A stretch of 64,000 bases of DNA from Squalus acanthias (taxonomy: Eukaryota): assembly GCA_030390025.1 (NCBI GenBank), contig CM059432.1, positions 151,530,001-151,594,000 of the forward strand. The letters run 5' to 3'. A program made the translations under genes and the position numbers. The notes under the pieces were generated by a model. That model saw only the letters and a list, made by a program, of their open reading frames with translations. It had not been told where the DNA came from and did no database searches. The first letter of the stretch is position 1. Each line of letters starts with the position of its first letter. Below, piece by piece: positions 48,685 to 60,781 of this stretch.

Positions 48685-49424
48685 GAGACATTAAGACAGG
48701 TGATCAAAAGCTTGTTCAAAGAGGTAGGTGTTAAGGAACCTCTTAAAAGGAGAGAGAGAGAAATGGTGAGGCGGAGAGGTTTAGGGGTGGAATTCCAGTG
48801 CTTAGGGCTTAGGCGGCCGCCAATGGTGGAATGAAAGAAGTGGTGGATACATAAGTGGTCAGAGTTGGAGGAACGCAGAGTTCTTGTAGGGTTGAAATAT
48901 TTTTATTCAAATACAATAATACCTGTACAACTCATCAATTACATAGTAAATCCATTACATTCATCCATCACAGTAAAAAATAATAAAGCCTTAAAAACAG
49001 CCTTATAATTAATATAAATGCAATGATTACTTTTCTTGTAGGGTTGAAGGGCTGGAGAATTTTAAAATTGAGGCATTGGTGGACCTTAGCCAATGTAGGT
49101 CAGTGAGCACAGGGGCGATATACAGCACGTCAGTGTTTCAGATGATTACTCTTAATTCGCTCTTCAACACTGCTGTGTACAATTTTCTTCACTCGTTTTT
49201 TTTAAAAGATCAAATCTATTTTCCTCCCACGGCACATCTGTAGGGAAATGATTAAACCAGGAAACAACTGCCAGATCCTGAAGCTGATCTGAGCTGGCTG
49301 AATCCATGCAGTTAACACGCTATCCACAGACCTGCTGAAGTGTGACTCATTCGGAGCCAGCATCTCTCAGTTTGGATTAAACGCATTTTTTTTTAAACAC
49401 AAGTCAGTAATTGACATTTCTATT

Positions 49425-49757
49425 CCCACTAGTTGACGGTACAAGGACTAGGGGGACACTGATTTAAGGTTTTGGGCAAGAGATTGCGGTGGGGGGGGTG
49501 GGTGGGGGTGGGGGGATATGAGGGAAAACTTTTTTACGCAGAGAGTGGTGAGGACCTGGAACTCACTGCCGACGGAAGTGGTGGAAGCGGAGACACTCAA
49601 TGTTTTCAAGGGGAGACTGGATAGGCACTTGAGGGAAATAAACTTGCAGGGCTACGGGGCTAGAGCGGGGGAATGGGACTGACTGGATTGCTCTAGAGAG
49701 CCGGCATGGACTCAATGGGCCGAATGGCCTCCTTCTGTGACGTTATGACTCTATGAC
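49425..49757 (+). mobile_element. CR1 LINE 3' fragment
   Basis: [14 protein letters not shown] and TATGACTCTATGAC tail. Confidence 0.85.
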
Positions 49758-49767
49758 TAACATTTTG

Positions 49768-49935
49768 CAAAAATGAGAAGTCGCACAACACCAGGTTATA
49801 GTCCAACAGATTTATTTAAAATTACAAGCTTTCCGAGCTGTCGCCCCTTCGTCAGGCAAAGGTACAGTGAGTGAATCTACAACATTACACCGTATATCCT
49901 TTACTTCACCTGACGAAGGAGAATTCTCATTGTCT
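49768..49935 (-). mobile_element. Penelope-like terminal fragment with family-B hammerhead motif (49822-49859)
   Basis: Minus strand TTGC-CTGACGA-A-GGGGC-GACA-GCTCG-GAAA-GCT-T-GTAA; near-identical tail to 59705-59796. Confidence 0.7.
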
Positions 49936-50039
49936 TGGCTGTGCTCTGGTATGTCTTTGATGTAAGGACACCTTCCCTGAAAGATTGTATCTCTGCAGTG
50001 TCTGTGTTTATATACGGTGTAATGTCCACACACACACAC

Positions 50040-50924
50040 ACTGACCTCCCCGGCGCGGTTTCCATGGCCACAGCAGCACGACGGGCGCCAGGCGCCAGGC
50101 GCATGCGCAGGCATGACACGGGCCCTCGCATTCATGGAGCGTTCAGGCGCTGCCTGCAGTGTTTTTGTAAATAAATATTGTTCTTACTTTCCGATGTTGG
50201 TGCCAGTGTAATACCGCGAACGACCAGTAAATTAAAATAACGGTAGTTTTCTCTTAGCTGCTTGTTGCCGCTGCGCTGTGTCACAGCGGCAGTGCGCCGG
50301 GCGGCTCTGCGCTGCGCAGGACCCCCCCGCCTCTCCTCAGTTTGTTTTTTTCAACCCGCGAGAGAGACGCCGCGAGCTGGAGTTCGCGCAGGCGCGCGCC
50401 ATGGGAGGCGGTTGGCCCGTCCAAGCAGCCCGCTCCGGCGCGCCTGCGCACACCGGCTCGGCGGGTTGACGGGGACGGGCCCGTTGCCATAGAGGAGGAG
50501 GAGGGCGAGACGTCGGGGTTCGTCATTCGCCGGAGCGGCGTGCACCCTGCTTTATTTATAATTCGTGTTCAGGGCGAATTACGGAGTTGAAGGGAGAAAT
50601 TTATTTTATTTTGTTAAATTTTATTTTTTTTAAAAAAGGGATTGTGTGAGGAAGTGCAGCTGCGGCTCGAGTTGCTGAGAGAAAGAGGCTGGAAGGAGGC
50701 GGCTGGGAGGACTGGGGAGTTAAAGGCCTGGACCAGGGCGAAGGGCTCGCCACTTGACCGAGAACTGCAACCGAGGGCTGGCGGATACAGGGCAGCGGGG
50801 CAACCCCCGGCTTCCTTTCGAGGCTGCAAGAGGTGGAAAGTGTCGCCTGGAATAGAGGCAGGTGGTGGTGGGGAGGAGGCGGCTGCAACTTTGTGAGACC
50901 CCCGCCCCACCGGCCCGGGCAGAC
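50040..50924 (+). promoter_or_regulatory. CpG-island promoter / 5' UTR region of CLASP2
   Basis: CpG rich; RFX X-box-like GTTTCCATGGCCAC at 50058-50071; NRF1 motifs at 50099-50109, 50386-50395 and 50440-50450. Confidence 0.75.
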
Positions 50925-51125
50925 ATGGAGCCCGAATGCAGCTTGGACTACTTCTCGGAGCAGGTGGCGCAGAGGGATGTCAGTCGGCGGCTGCAGGTCG
51001 GCCAGGAGCTGATCGATTACCTGAGCGACCCCAGCAGGTCGACCGACGTGGATCACGACCAGAAACGGGCGCTGGACGGCATCGTGGACCAGCTGACGGG
51101 ATGGGTGAACTGCAGCAACTTCAAG
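50925..51125 (+). CDS. CLASP2: CLIP-associating protein, first coding exon (TOG1 N-terminus)
   Basis: MEPECSLDYFSEQVAQRDVSRRLQVGQELIDYLSDPSRSTDVDHDQKRALDGIVDQLTGWVNCSNFK then phase-0 donor GTAAAG; Kozak GACATGG; paralog assigned by head-to-head synteny with PDCD6IP as in human. Confidence 0.9.
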
Positions 51126-52880
51126 GTAAAGTGGAGGCGGAACGCAGCAAGAGCTGCTGAAGTGACCCCCCTGCACCCCGCCGACTAATACCCATCACCC
51201 GGTCACACACACACCCCCCCCTTTTTCAAGCTTTCATGTGCTGCATGACTCCTCATTCTTCCGGAGCTTTGCAGGACCTGCCAAGGAACTAAGCTGTTCT
51301 GGGGCAGGGCTTACTTGTGGCATTCGTCTGGGAGCTGTTATGATTGTCAGAATAGTTGTCTGCAAGGGTGCTTTTCAAGAACATGTTAAAATGTGTGAGA
51401 ATAGCAGGCGGAGATTTCCGGAATCCGGTCGGGAGGATGCACGGGCGAGGCTCTGAAATCCTCCAGGGACCCTCGACATCACCATGATCCATTTGGGAGG
51501 GTGAATGGGTCAAGTGCCTGAGTTGAAATGTGTAAGATTTATTAATTCACTGCTATACTTGATGCAGTACCCAGTGAGTTGCAAAGTATCTGGGGTAGTT
51601 GAGTTTTCTGGTGTTGATATCCCTGCTGTGCTGCAGTATCCAGTAACATGTAAAACGTTGCGCCGCTTTTGGGATAGTGGGATCTACAAATGTTTGTATC
51701 CCTGTTGTGTACTTGCTGCAGTATCTTGTAACCTGCAAAGTGTTACACCGTGTCTGGAGTTATGGAGTCTGCCGGTGTCTGTCACTGTTGTGGTGTCAGT
51801 ACTCAACTACACTACTTCGTTGTTTTTTTTTAGCTACAATGGGGCGATTTTATTTCCATAAATGCTATAGTATGTAACTTAAAGAGTGAGCCCGAGTTTC
51901 TTTTTTATTCTGGTGTGTATAGATGAAACCTAGTTTGGCAAGTTCAGTGAACGGTCGTTACAGATCAAAGTAGAGACTGTTGATCGTGTCGTGGAAGTTT
52001 TTGCAGGTTAACTCATTTCATAACAGTGATACATCTTGGCGTGTCGATGGAAAATGATACCTTGGGGTCCAAATTTAGAACAAAGTGAGCAGCTAAACCG
52101 CAGTTGTATAATCCAGCTCAGCATCTTGAGTCTCTGAGACTTTGCTTTCCTTGGAACTCCATGTTTTGAGGTGGCGGTTAACAGCAAGCAATGGTTTGTG
52201 TTTGACTATTGCCAGATTGATTTTTGAAATGGTTAATTTTTATAAACACCATAGAACCATAAATGTTAAATGTTTTCTTTAAACACTGGTCCTTCAAATT
52301 ACTTTCTATGTGTTCCACCTAATATATCAATATTTTAATAGGCAAGGTAAATACAAATGGGTGCTATTTACTGACTATTTCAAGTGTAACAAATACTTGA
52401 ATGTGTCAATGTAATGAATTGGTGCACAATTTTTTTGGTGATTTGAAGGGATTACCTTGTTATCTGAAAATCGTCATAGTTGCACAGTTCATATTCTGTC
52501 TACTTTGCCAGTTTTGCACAAAGTGTAATTTTTGGATTTAAAGTGAAACTGCATAAAATCTTTGTGAGGTTTTAGTTTGGAATGCTGTTATTGTGAAGAC
52601 CTGCTTACTAATTTGCTGTCCTTTTTGTTACTTTAAATCATTTGGCTATGTAGTACATCTCGTGCTCCAGTGTGCTGTGCTATAGAGCAGTATAATGAAG
52701 AACTGTCTGACTTGTGACATAACAATATTCTCAACCTCCACTGTGTCATCAGGGAAACTGCCAGAGAATGGTCAGATTCCCTAGAGAGGAAGAAATAAAT
52801 CTGATGACCAAAAGTGATCCAGGGTGACAATTCTGGCTGATGAGAGGCATTGGCAGAGGCCGCAGAGAACTTGTTGGCTT

Positions 52881-53712
52881 GCCCCAGTGACCAGTTTGCC
52901 CCAGTGACCAGTTTGCCCCAGTGACCAGTTTGCCCCAGTGACCAGTTTGCCCCAGTGACCAGTTTGCCCCAGTGACCAGTTTGCCCCAGTGACCAGTTTG
53001 CCCCAGTGACCAGGCTGCCCCAGTGACCAGGCTGCCCCAGTGACCAGGCTGCCCCAGTGACCAGGCTGCCCCAGTGACCAGGCTGCCCCAGTGACCAGGC
53101 TGCCCCAGTGACCAGGCTGCCCCAGTGACCAGGCTGCCCCAGTGACCAGGCTGCCCCAGTGACCAGGCTGCCCCAGTGACCAGGCTGCCCCAGTGACCAG
53201 GCTGCCCCAGTGACCAGGCTGCCCCAGTGACCAGGCTGCCCCAGTGACCAGGCTGCCCCAGTGACCAGGCTGCCCCAGTGACCAGGCTGCCCCAGTGACC
53301 AGGCTGCCCCAGTGACCAGGCTGCCCCAGTGACCAGGCTGCCCCAGTGACCAGGCTGCCCCAGTGACCAGGCTGCCCCAGTGACCAGGCTGCCCCAGTGA
53401 CCAGGCTGCCCCAGTGACCAGGCTGCCCCAGTGACCAGGCTGCCCCAGTGACCAGGCTGCCCCAGTGACCAGGCTGCCCCAGTGACCAGGCTGCCCCAGT
53501 GACCAGGCTGCCCCAGTGACCAGGCTGCCCCAGTGACCAGGCTGCCCCAGTGACCAGGCTGCCCCAGTGACCAGGCTGCCCCAGTGACCAGGCTGCCCCA
53601 GTGACCAGGCTGCCCCAGTGACCAGGCTGCCCCAGTGACCAGGCTGCCCCAGTGACCAGGCTGCCCCAGTGACCAGGCTGCCCCAGTGACCAGGCTGCCC
53701 CAGTGACCAGGC
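52881..53712. repeat. 17-bp minisatellite, about 49 units, in CLASP2 intron 1
   Basis: 7 x GCCCCAGTGACCAGTTT followed by about 42 x GCCCCAGTGACCAGGCT. Confidence 0.98.
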
Positions 53713-54801
53713 AATATGTGGGTTGGTGGAGAGGGAGAGATATTGTAAAAGGAGCAAAAATTTGAACAGTTGGAAAGAAACATTTACTTGGAAGAAAAGC
53801 TTAATTGGAATAGCTGCATAATACCAAGTGATGGTTCATTTCTTTTCTTTTCATTTGCTAAAATCAATATCAGAAATGATGACCAAGGCTACTAATTTAT
53901 GATGACTGCATCAAATTTCATTTTATTGCATTTTGATTCTGAAATTTTTACCATTGTTTTGGGCATCACGTTCTCTGATTCTGCTCATCTTTCTGTTAAA
54001 ACTACAAACCAGTGGCCATGTCATCAAGGCTAAGTATCACCCTTTGCAACCTATCCCACAAATTGTTTATTCTTGAGTGCTACATAAGAAATGTTATTGT
54101 TCTGCTGACGAACAATTTGCTTCTGTCTTTTGAGCATGGTGTTGTATGGAGGTTCCATTGGCTGCATGAAAATTAAAATTGTCCAAGGAATCAAGTTAAA
54201 CCAATTGAAGTAGTTACATTTTTAATTACAGCCAGTTTTGACTTGCTGTCAATTTTATGTGTACACTCCAGACTGAATTGTGGAAGGGAGGGCGGGTGTG
54301 GGCGGTGGTGCTGAGGCTATTGTCGTGGTTCTGGAGGATCTGAATTTGTGGATTTGTAGCAAGACAACAAATTTAATTAATAAAGCACTCTTTATGAAAT
54401 AGAATGCCTCTGAGACCTTTATCAGAAGAGTAAAAGTGTATATCGACCAGGCGGTATGAAAGTTGTTAGGGGATTGGAGATCGAAGGCAAAGTTCAAGTG
54501 ATAGGTTTTGAGGAGGCTCTGAAAGCGGAGAGAAAAGTAGGCTTTGGAGAAGATTTGCATGTGGTATGGACAGAATGGTTGGAAAAATTTTCTTTGGGTA
54601 AGCTGGACAATATTATTTAAATAGGCTAAAGGTAGTCTGAACTGATTTGGAAATGAGAATCTTGAAGTTTATTGGCTGGGACACAGGAAGACAGTGGAGC
54701 TAGTTGAGGATGGGGGCAATAAGTGTGCTGGACTTTCTTCAGGGGAGGACCTGGACTGTGGCATTCTGGGTTAGCTGAATTTGTGAGGGGTGTTGAGAGA
54801 G

Positions 54802-55440
54802 ACAACAACAACAACTTGTATTTATATAGCGCCTTTAACGTAGTAAAACGTTCCAAGGCGCTTCACAGGAGTGTTATAAGACAAAAAATTTGACACCGAG
54901 CCACATAAGAAATTAAGGCAGATGACCAAAAGCTTGGTCAAAGAGGTAGGTTTTAAGGAGCGTCTTAAAGGAGGAAAAACATGAGAACATAAGAAATAGG
55001 AGCAGGAGTCGGCCATTTGGCCCCTCGAGCCTGCTCCGCCATTTAATGAGATCATGGCTGATCTGATCTTGGGCTCAGCTCCATTTCCCTGCCCGCTCCC
55101 CATAACCCATCACTCCCTTATTGTTCAAAAATCTGTCTATCTCCACCTTAAGTATTTTCAATAACCCAGCTTCCACAGCTCTCTGGGGCAGAGAATTCCA
55201 CAGATTTACGACTCTCAGAAGAAATTCCTCCTCATCTCAGAAGAGGTAGAGAGGCGGAGAGGTTTAGGGAGGGAGTTCCAGAGCTTAGGGCCGAGGCAAC
55301 AAAAGGCATGGCCGCCAAAGGTTGAGCGATTATAATTGGGGATGCTCAAGAGGGCAGAATTAGAGGAGCGCAAATGTCTCGGGGTGGGGGAGGGGGCGGG
55401 GTTTGGGGGCTGAAGGAGATTACAAAGATGGGAAGGGACT
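54802..55440 (-). mobile_element. L2-type 3' fragment with a nested CR1 3' fragment (about 54978-55238)
   Basis: (CAA)n tail and homology to 62434-62800; the insert carries a CR1 3' UTR. Confidence 0.85.
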
Positions 55441-55866
55441 GGCAAGGAGTGCATTTGAGAAATTCATCCTTTTAGGTGATGAAAGTGTGGGTTACTGTTT
55501 CAGTACTGAAGGTGATGAGGTAATGGGTATAAGTGGGCAATGTTTTGCAAGTGGAAGAAGGTAGTTATGGTACCAGACTGAATAAATATGAAGTAGACAG
55601 CTTGCACAAAGGTCAAACAAAAGCTGAAGTTGCATGCCACCAGGCTCAGAGTGTGAGCAGCTGGAATGGAATGGATGGCAGAGGCTTGCTACTGTCGAGA
55701 GCCAAACACAATTGTCCCCGGTATACTGATATTGAAATGTAACAAGTTAACAACAGGTACAAGTTGCGCTTTCGTAGCGTCTTTCATGGTAAAATATCCT
55801 GAGTTTTACAGAGGAGGTTAAGGAGGAGGGGAAAGCAGTAGGGAATTTGGGGAAGAAAATAAAAGA

Positions 55867-56205
55867 AAGAGCTTGCATTTGTATAGCTCCTCTCATGACA
55901 TCAGGCCATCCCAAAGTGCTTTACAACCGATAAAGTACTTTTGAAATGTAGTCACTGTTGTAATGTTGAAAATGCGGCAGCCAGCAGCAATGTGATAATG
56001 ACCTGATCATTTGTTTTCTTTGTTGGTTGAGGGCTAAATATTGGTAGGACACCGGGAGAACTCGCCTGCTCTTCTCCGAAATTGCAGCATTACCTCAGTA
56101 CTGCACTGAAGTGTCGGCTGAGATTTTGTGCTCAAGTCTCTGGAGTGGGACATGAAACCACAAGCTTCTGACTCGGAGACGAGAGTGCTACCACTGATAC
56201 ATGGC
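55867..56205 (-). mobile_element. Deu-SINE/SacSINE1-like element
   Basis: tRNA-like head near 56200, body related to 2415-2650, tail related to 25485-25690. Confidence 0.6.
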
Positions 56206-57074
56206 TGATACAAATTACACCATAGGTTGAGTCATCCAGAAATTAATGTTGAGTGGGCAGTTAGGAAATACAGGAAGAGCCCTTTAGTCAATGGTGGTGG
56301 GAAGAGACAGAATTGGGTGGTGTCGGCATACGTGACATAACTTACGTTGAAGTTAACCCCATGCTTAATGATCATTTTGGAGAAGGATGGCATGTGGGAT
56401 AGAAGTATCAATATTGGACTTTCACCGGGCATTGAATGAAGTTACTCTTAGCGTTGCTATACTGTCAACATTTCTGTGAATCTGGATTGGAACAAAAAAT
56501 CACCCATCCCGGGTTCTGATTTTTATTGTAGAACAGTACACATAGGGTGAGCTTTGATGAGCCTGATGGTCCTTTTGTGACCTGTTTTGTCATATGTTTG
56601 TATGTACAGTAACTAGGGTTGCAAAGGGGTGGAAAGTTTCCGGTAAATTTCTGGAAATTTTCCACGGGAAGTTTAGCTTGGGAATTTTGGGAATTTTGCC
56701 CAAAAAAGCACATGCTAGCATAATATTGTTTTTTTTTGTCTTTTTTTCACAGGTCCTCTCTTAAAATTACTAACAGAGATGGAATCTTAATTATTAAGGA
56801 ATTTCTTAATCAATATATGTTTATCTTCTTACTTGGCTTGTTTTAATAATTACAAGTTTTGTGTGTAACTGTGAACAAATGTGTCCTGATTGGTTGGATG
56901 AGTGGATGAGCGATTAGCTCCCTCTATTGGTGATGTAGCGTCGTGCGTGCACAGGTCATGCTTCCATCACATGGAGCATCAGGAAAAATTTACTCACCCT
57001 GGCCTGTTGCAATCGTGCTGATCGACCGCAGTTCGACACAGAGACGAATGCCCTTTATTTCTCTGCATAGAACA

Positions 57075-59257
57075 ATGCCACGTTTACTGTCGGATGTGTG
57101 GAAGCATTTTACCCCAGGCATTAAAGATGGAAAGACTGTGTACATGTGCAAACACTGTACAAAGCCATATGTAAAGAATGCCACAAAGATGCAGCAGCAT
57201 TTATCCAAATGCAACAACTTCACTCAAAGCTCACAGCAGTCAGCCCAGAGTTCCTCTGCTTCCATTCAAGAAGATGATGGTTCACATTCCGCATCAGGCT
57301 CCTTATCATCAGCAACTCCTGGCCCACTTGGAAGGTTCTTTGATACAATGGATAACCATCGCCAGAAGAATGCAGATGAGTGCCTTGCTCGAGCTGTATA
57401 TGCGACAGGCTCACCCCTCATGCTCATAGCCAATGTGTACTGGAAGAGATTTTTCAATGTTATTCGCCCTGCATACTGTCCTCCCACCAGACATGCTTTG
57501 TCTACTTATTTGTTGGAGGCTGAGTATAACAGAGTCCAAGGAAAGCTCAGAGAAACAATAGAGATGGCAGACTGTGTTGCAGTTATCTCAGATGGGTGGT
57601 CAAATGTACGAGGGGAGGGCATCATAAACTACATCGTCTCCACTCCTCTCCCAGTGTTCTTCATGAGCACAGACACGAAGGACAACAGACACACAGGCAC
57701 ATACAGGAAACTCTTTATTAACCGGCACTGACGGGACCGGCGTGGTGCCGGTTTATCGAAATTACCGGATAACGGAGAGTTATATCTACCGAGGCTATTT
57801 TTAACAAAGAAAAATAAATAAATCAAGAAATGTGCAGTATACAGTATTTGGGTACTTTTGAAAACTACCCCTACTGACTAAATCGGCGTTCGCGGACTCT
57901 GGATCGGCAACATTGCCGGTTATTTGAGAGGAGTTTTCGGAGTACTCGGCGTTCGCGGAGACTCGACTGCGACTCGGCAACATTGCCGGTTATTTGAGAG
58001 GAGTTTTCGGAGGATGATTTTTGCCGGTTAAGTGAGAATTCCGGATATTTGGGTGCCGGATAAACAAAAGTTTCCTGTACATTGCTGATGAGCTGAAAGC
58101 GGTCATCAACGATCTTGGATCACAAAAGGTCTTTGCAGTAGTTACTGACAATGCTGCGAATATGAAGGCTGCTTGGGCTCAAGTGGAGGAGGCCTACCCT
58201 CATATTACATCTATTGGGTGCGCAGCTCATGGGCTCAACCTGCTCCTCAAGGACATCATGGGTATGAGAACCATGGAAACACTGTACAAGAGAGCCAAGC
58301 AAGTTGTTAAGTATGTCAGGGGAAAACAGGTAGTTGCAGCAACCTACAACTCCAAGCAAAGAACAAGAACACCACACTGAAGCTGCCCAGCAACACTAGA
58401 TGGGGTGGCGTTGTCATAATGTACAACAGCCTTCTGGAGGGTAAGGAGTCGCTGCAAGAAATGGCAATATCCCAGTCTGGGGATATGGAAACCACCATCA
58501 AGAAAATACTGCTGGATGATGTGTTTTGGGAGAGAGTGGTTAGCAGCCTTAAACTACTCTCACCAGTAGCATCTGCAATTGCTCAGATTGAAAGAGATGA
58601 CGCTATCTTGTCAGATGTTCTCAGGCTTTTTGCTGATTTTAAAAGAACAAATCAGCATTGCCCTACCCACATCCCTACTGCTCAAAGCAGAGGAGAAGGC
58701 AATTGTTCAATTCATACAGATGCGTCAAGAATTTTGTGTCAAGCTGATTCATGCTGCAGCATACATGCTGGACCCAAAGCATGTTGGGAGACCAATACTT
58801 TCTGGAGAACAGATCAACAGCGCTTACAGTGTGATTTCTACCCTCTCACGCCACCTCAATCTGGACGTGGGCAAAGTTCTGGGAAGTCTGGCAAAGTTCT
58901 CTACCAAGCAAGGTCTTTGGAATGGGGACGGGATATGGGAATCATGCAAGCATATCAGTGCACATACCTGGTGGAAGGGACTTTGTGCATCTGAGGCCCT
59001 GTCACCCATTGCATCGGTGATACTCCAAATCCCACCTTCATCAGCGGCCTCTGAACGAAACTGGTCACTTTTTGGGAATACGCATACAAAGGTGCGCAAC
59101 AGGTTGACTAACGAGAGTGGAGAAACTGGTGGCTATCCGGGCGAACCTACAACTTATTGAGCCAGATACAGAAGTGTCCACCACACAGCTAGACAGTGAC
59201 ACAGAGGAGGAAATGGACACGTCCGAGCCAGAGTCCAAGAATCAGGAGGAGCAATGA
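57075..59257 (+). pseudogene. Disrupted hAT transposase (BED zinc finger, RNase H-like DDE core, dimerisation domain)
   Basis: VWKHF...CKHC...HLSKC; SDGWS; TDNAANM; CAAH; TRW; SAASERNWS; interrupted by a MITE and about three frameshifts. Confidence 0.93.
57704..58077. mobile_element. Tigger/pogo-like MITE nested in the hAT transposase
   Basis: TIRs CAGGAAACT / AGTTTCCTG, TA duplication; removing it restores RHTGTY-IADELKAVINDLG. Confidence 0.92.
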
Positions 59258-59704
59258 TGAGTAGAAGACTCAGAAGACTCATGAGTAGAAGACTCAAAGG
59301 GACAAAATAAGAACAAATTACAGGCTAAATAAGCTGACGCTCTTTTTTTTATTTTAGATGGGTCTTTTTTGTGGGGGTTCAATAAAGTTCAAAATTATAA
59401 CCTAAATAAAGTTTTGAAAGCCTGTTTTTATTTGTATGGAACAGTATGTCTATTTTGATGACAAAGATAATATAAGGGTCAGAGACAAAAACCATCAGTG
59501 TGCAAAAAAACTCAAAATTCCCATGGAAAGTTTCCTCGTTTTAAAAATTCCCGGAATTTTGCAACCCTAACAGTAACTCATTTAAACCTGTTTCCAACTA
59601 ATTTAGCAGGCTCTCGGTTGTGATTAGCTTTCTTGCTTTTCTGGAAAAGTGTGGTGGACAGTGGTGATGCACTATCTGCCTTTGTTTTGATGCGGAGTGT
59701 AACT

Positions 59705-59742
59705 TTACCTGAGGAAGGGGCGACAGCTCCGAAAGCTTGTAA
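59705..59742 (+). ncRNA. Minimal hammerhead ribozyme motif (family B), sense to CLASP2 intron 1
   Basis: TTAC-CTGAGGA-A-GGGGC-GACA-GCTCC-GAAA-GCT-T-GTAA: stem I TTAC/GTAA, stem II, palindromic AGCT helix III. Confidence 0.8.
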
Positions 59743-60304
59743 TTTTAAATAAATCTGTTAGACTATAACCTGGTGTTGTGCGACTTCTCATTTTTGCCTT
59801 TGTTTGGGGGTGCAGGTGGCGGGGGGGGGAGGTGGGTGGGGCAGTGGGGAGTCGTCTGGAGATTGATGAACAAAGAGTCTTGCATTTGCATTGAGTACTT
59901 TATGATGTGTGCTTTTCTGGGGTAAAAATGTTTACTTGTGGAACAGAAGTAGTGCAAAACAATTTGTTCCAGGTGATCACAAGGGGAGAAAATTGACATT
60001 GTCATGTTTTGGTAACAAAATAGTGTAGCATGTATGCCAAATGTGTATTAAATTGCATTGTAAGAGTAGCAAAAGTCTTTTCATGCAGTGCCAGAAAGAT
60101 TGACACTGATAGAAATAGTGATTTGTAAAGCCCAAGGCATGGAATACAAATCCCAGTTAAGTGATAGCTTGTGTAAAGTACTGTTTTGAACCTACTTTTA
60201 ATTTATGTACAATCCTGGGCAGTGTATCACTGGATTGGCTGGCAGATGTCCTCTTTTTTTTTTAGAAGGAATGCAAGGAAAGACAACTCAATTTTATATG
60301 ATGA

Positions 60305-60725
60305 AAACAAAAGCAAAATACCGTGGATACTGGAAATCTGAAATAAAAATAGAAAAAGCTGGAAATACGCAGCAGGTGAGGCAGCATCTGTGGAGAGAGA
60401 AACCAAGTTAACGTTTTGGGTTGATGATGTTTCGTCAGAACTGGAAAATGTTAGAAATGTAACAGGTTTATTTAAGCAAGTACAGAGGTAGGGAATTGGG
60501 GGGGAGCAGGGTAGGCAAACTAAAGGGAAGGTTGGTGATAGGGTCGAAGGCAGGAGTGATTAAATGACAAAAGGACCTTTCCCAGCATCTGTACTTGCTT
60601 AAAACCTGTTAAGTCTCTAACCTTTGCCAGTTCTGACAAAGTCAGTGACCTGAAACATAACTTTGTTTCTCTCTCCACAGACGCTGCCTGACCTGCTGAA
60701 TATTTCCAGCATTTTCTGTTTTTAC
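60305..60725. mobile_element. Inverted pair of degenerate Penelope-like tails
   Basis: Minus copy about 60305-60572 and plus copy about 60575-60725; hammerhead cores decayed. Confidence 0.75.
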
Positions 60726-60781
60726 TTAATCTTGTGTGACATGTGGGATTAGCAAAGCTACAAGGAAAGATTAAACATACT

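Larger units (their letters stand above)
56614..59569 (+). mobile_element. Full-length hAT DNA transposon
   Basis: 12-bp perfect TIRs TAGGGTTGCAAA / TTTGCAACCCTA; perfect 8-bp TSD ACAGTAAC (56606-56613, 59570-59577); transposase inside. Confidence 0.97.

Noticed and set aside
4088..53712. Tandem arrays as CRISPR loci
   Set aside because: No unique spacers, no cas genes, and the context is vertebrate
52633..53783. 374-aa and 344-aa repetitive ORFs
   Set aside because: Three 17-bp units give a 17-aa period; non-ATG starts; no coding evidence
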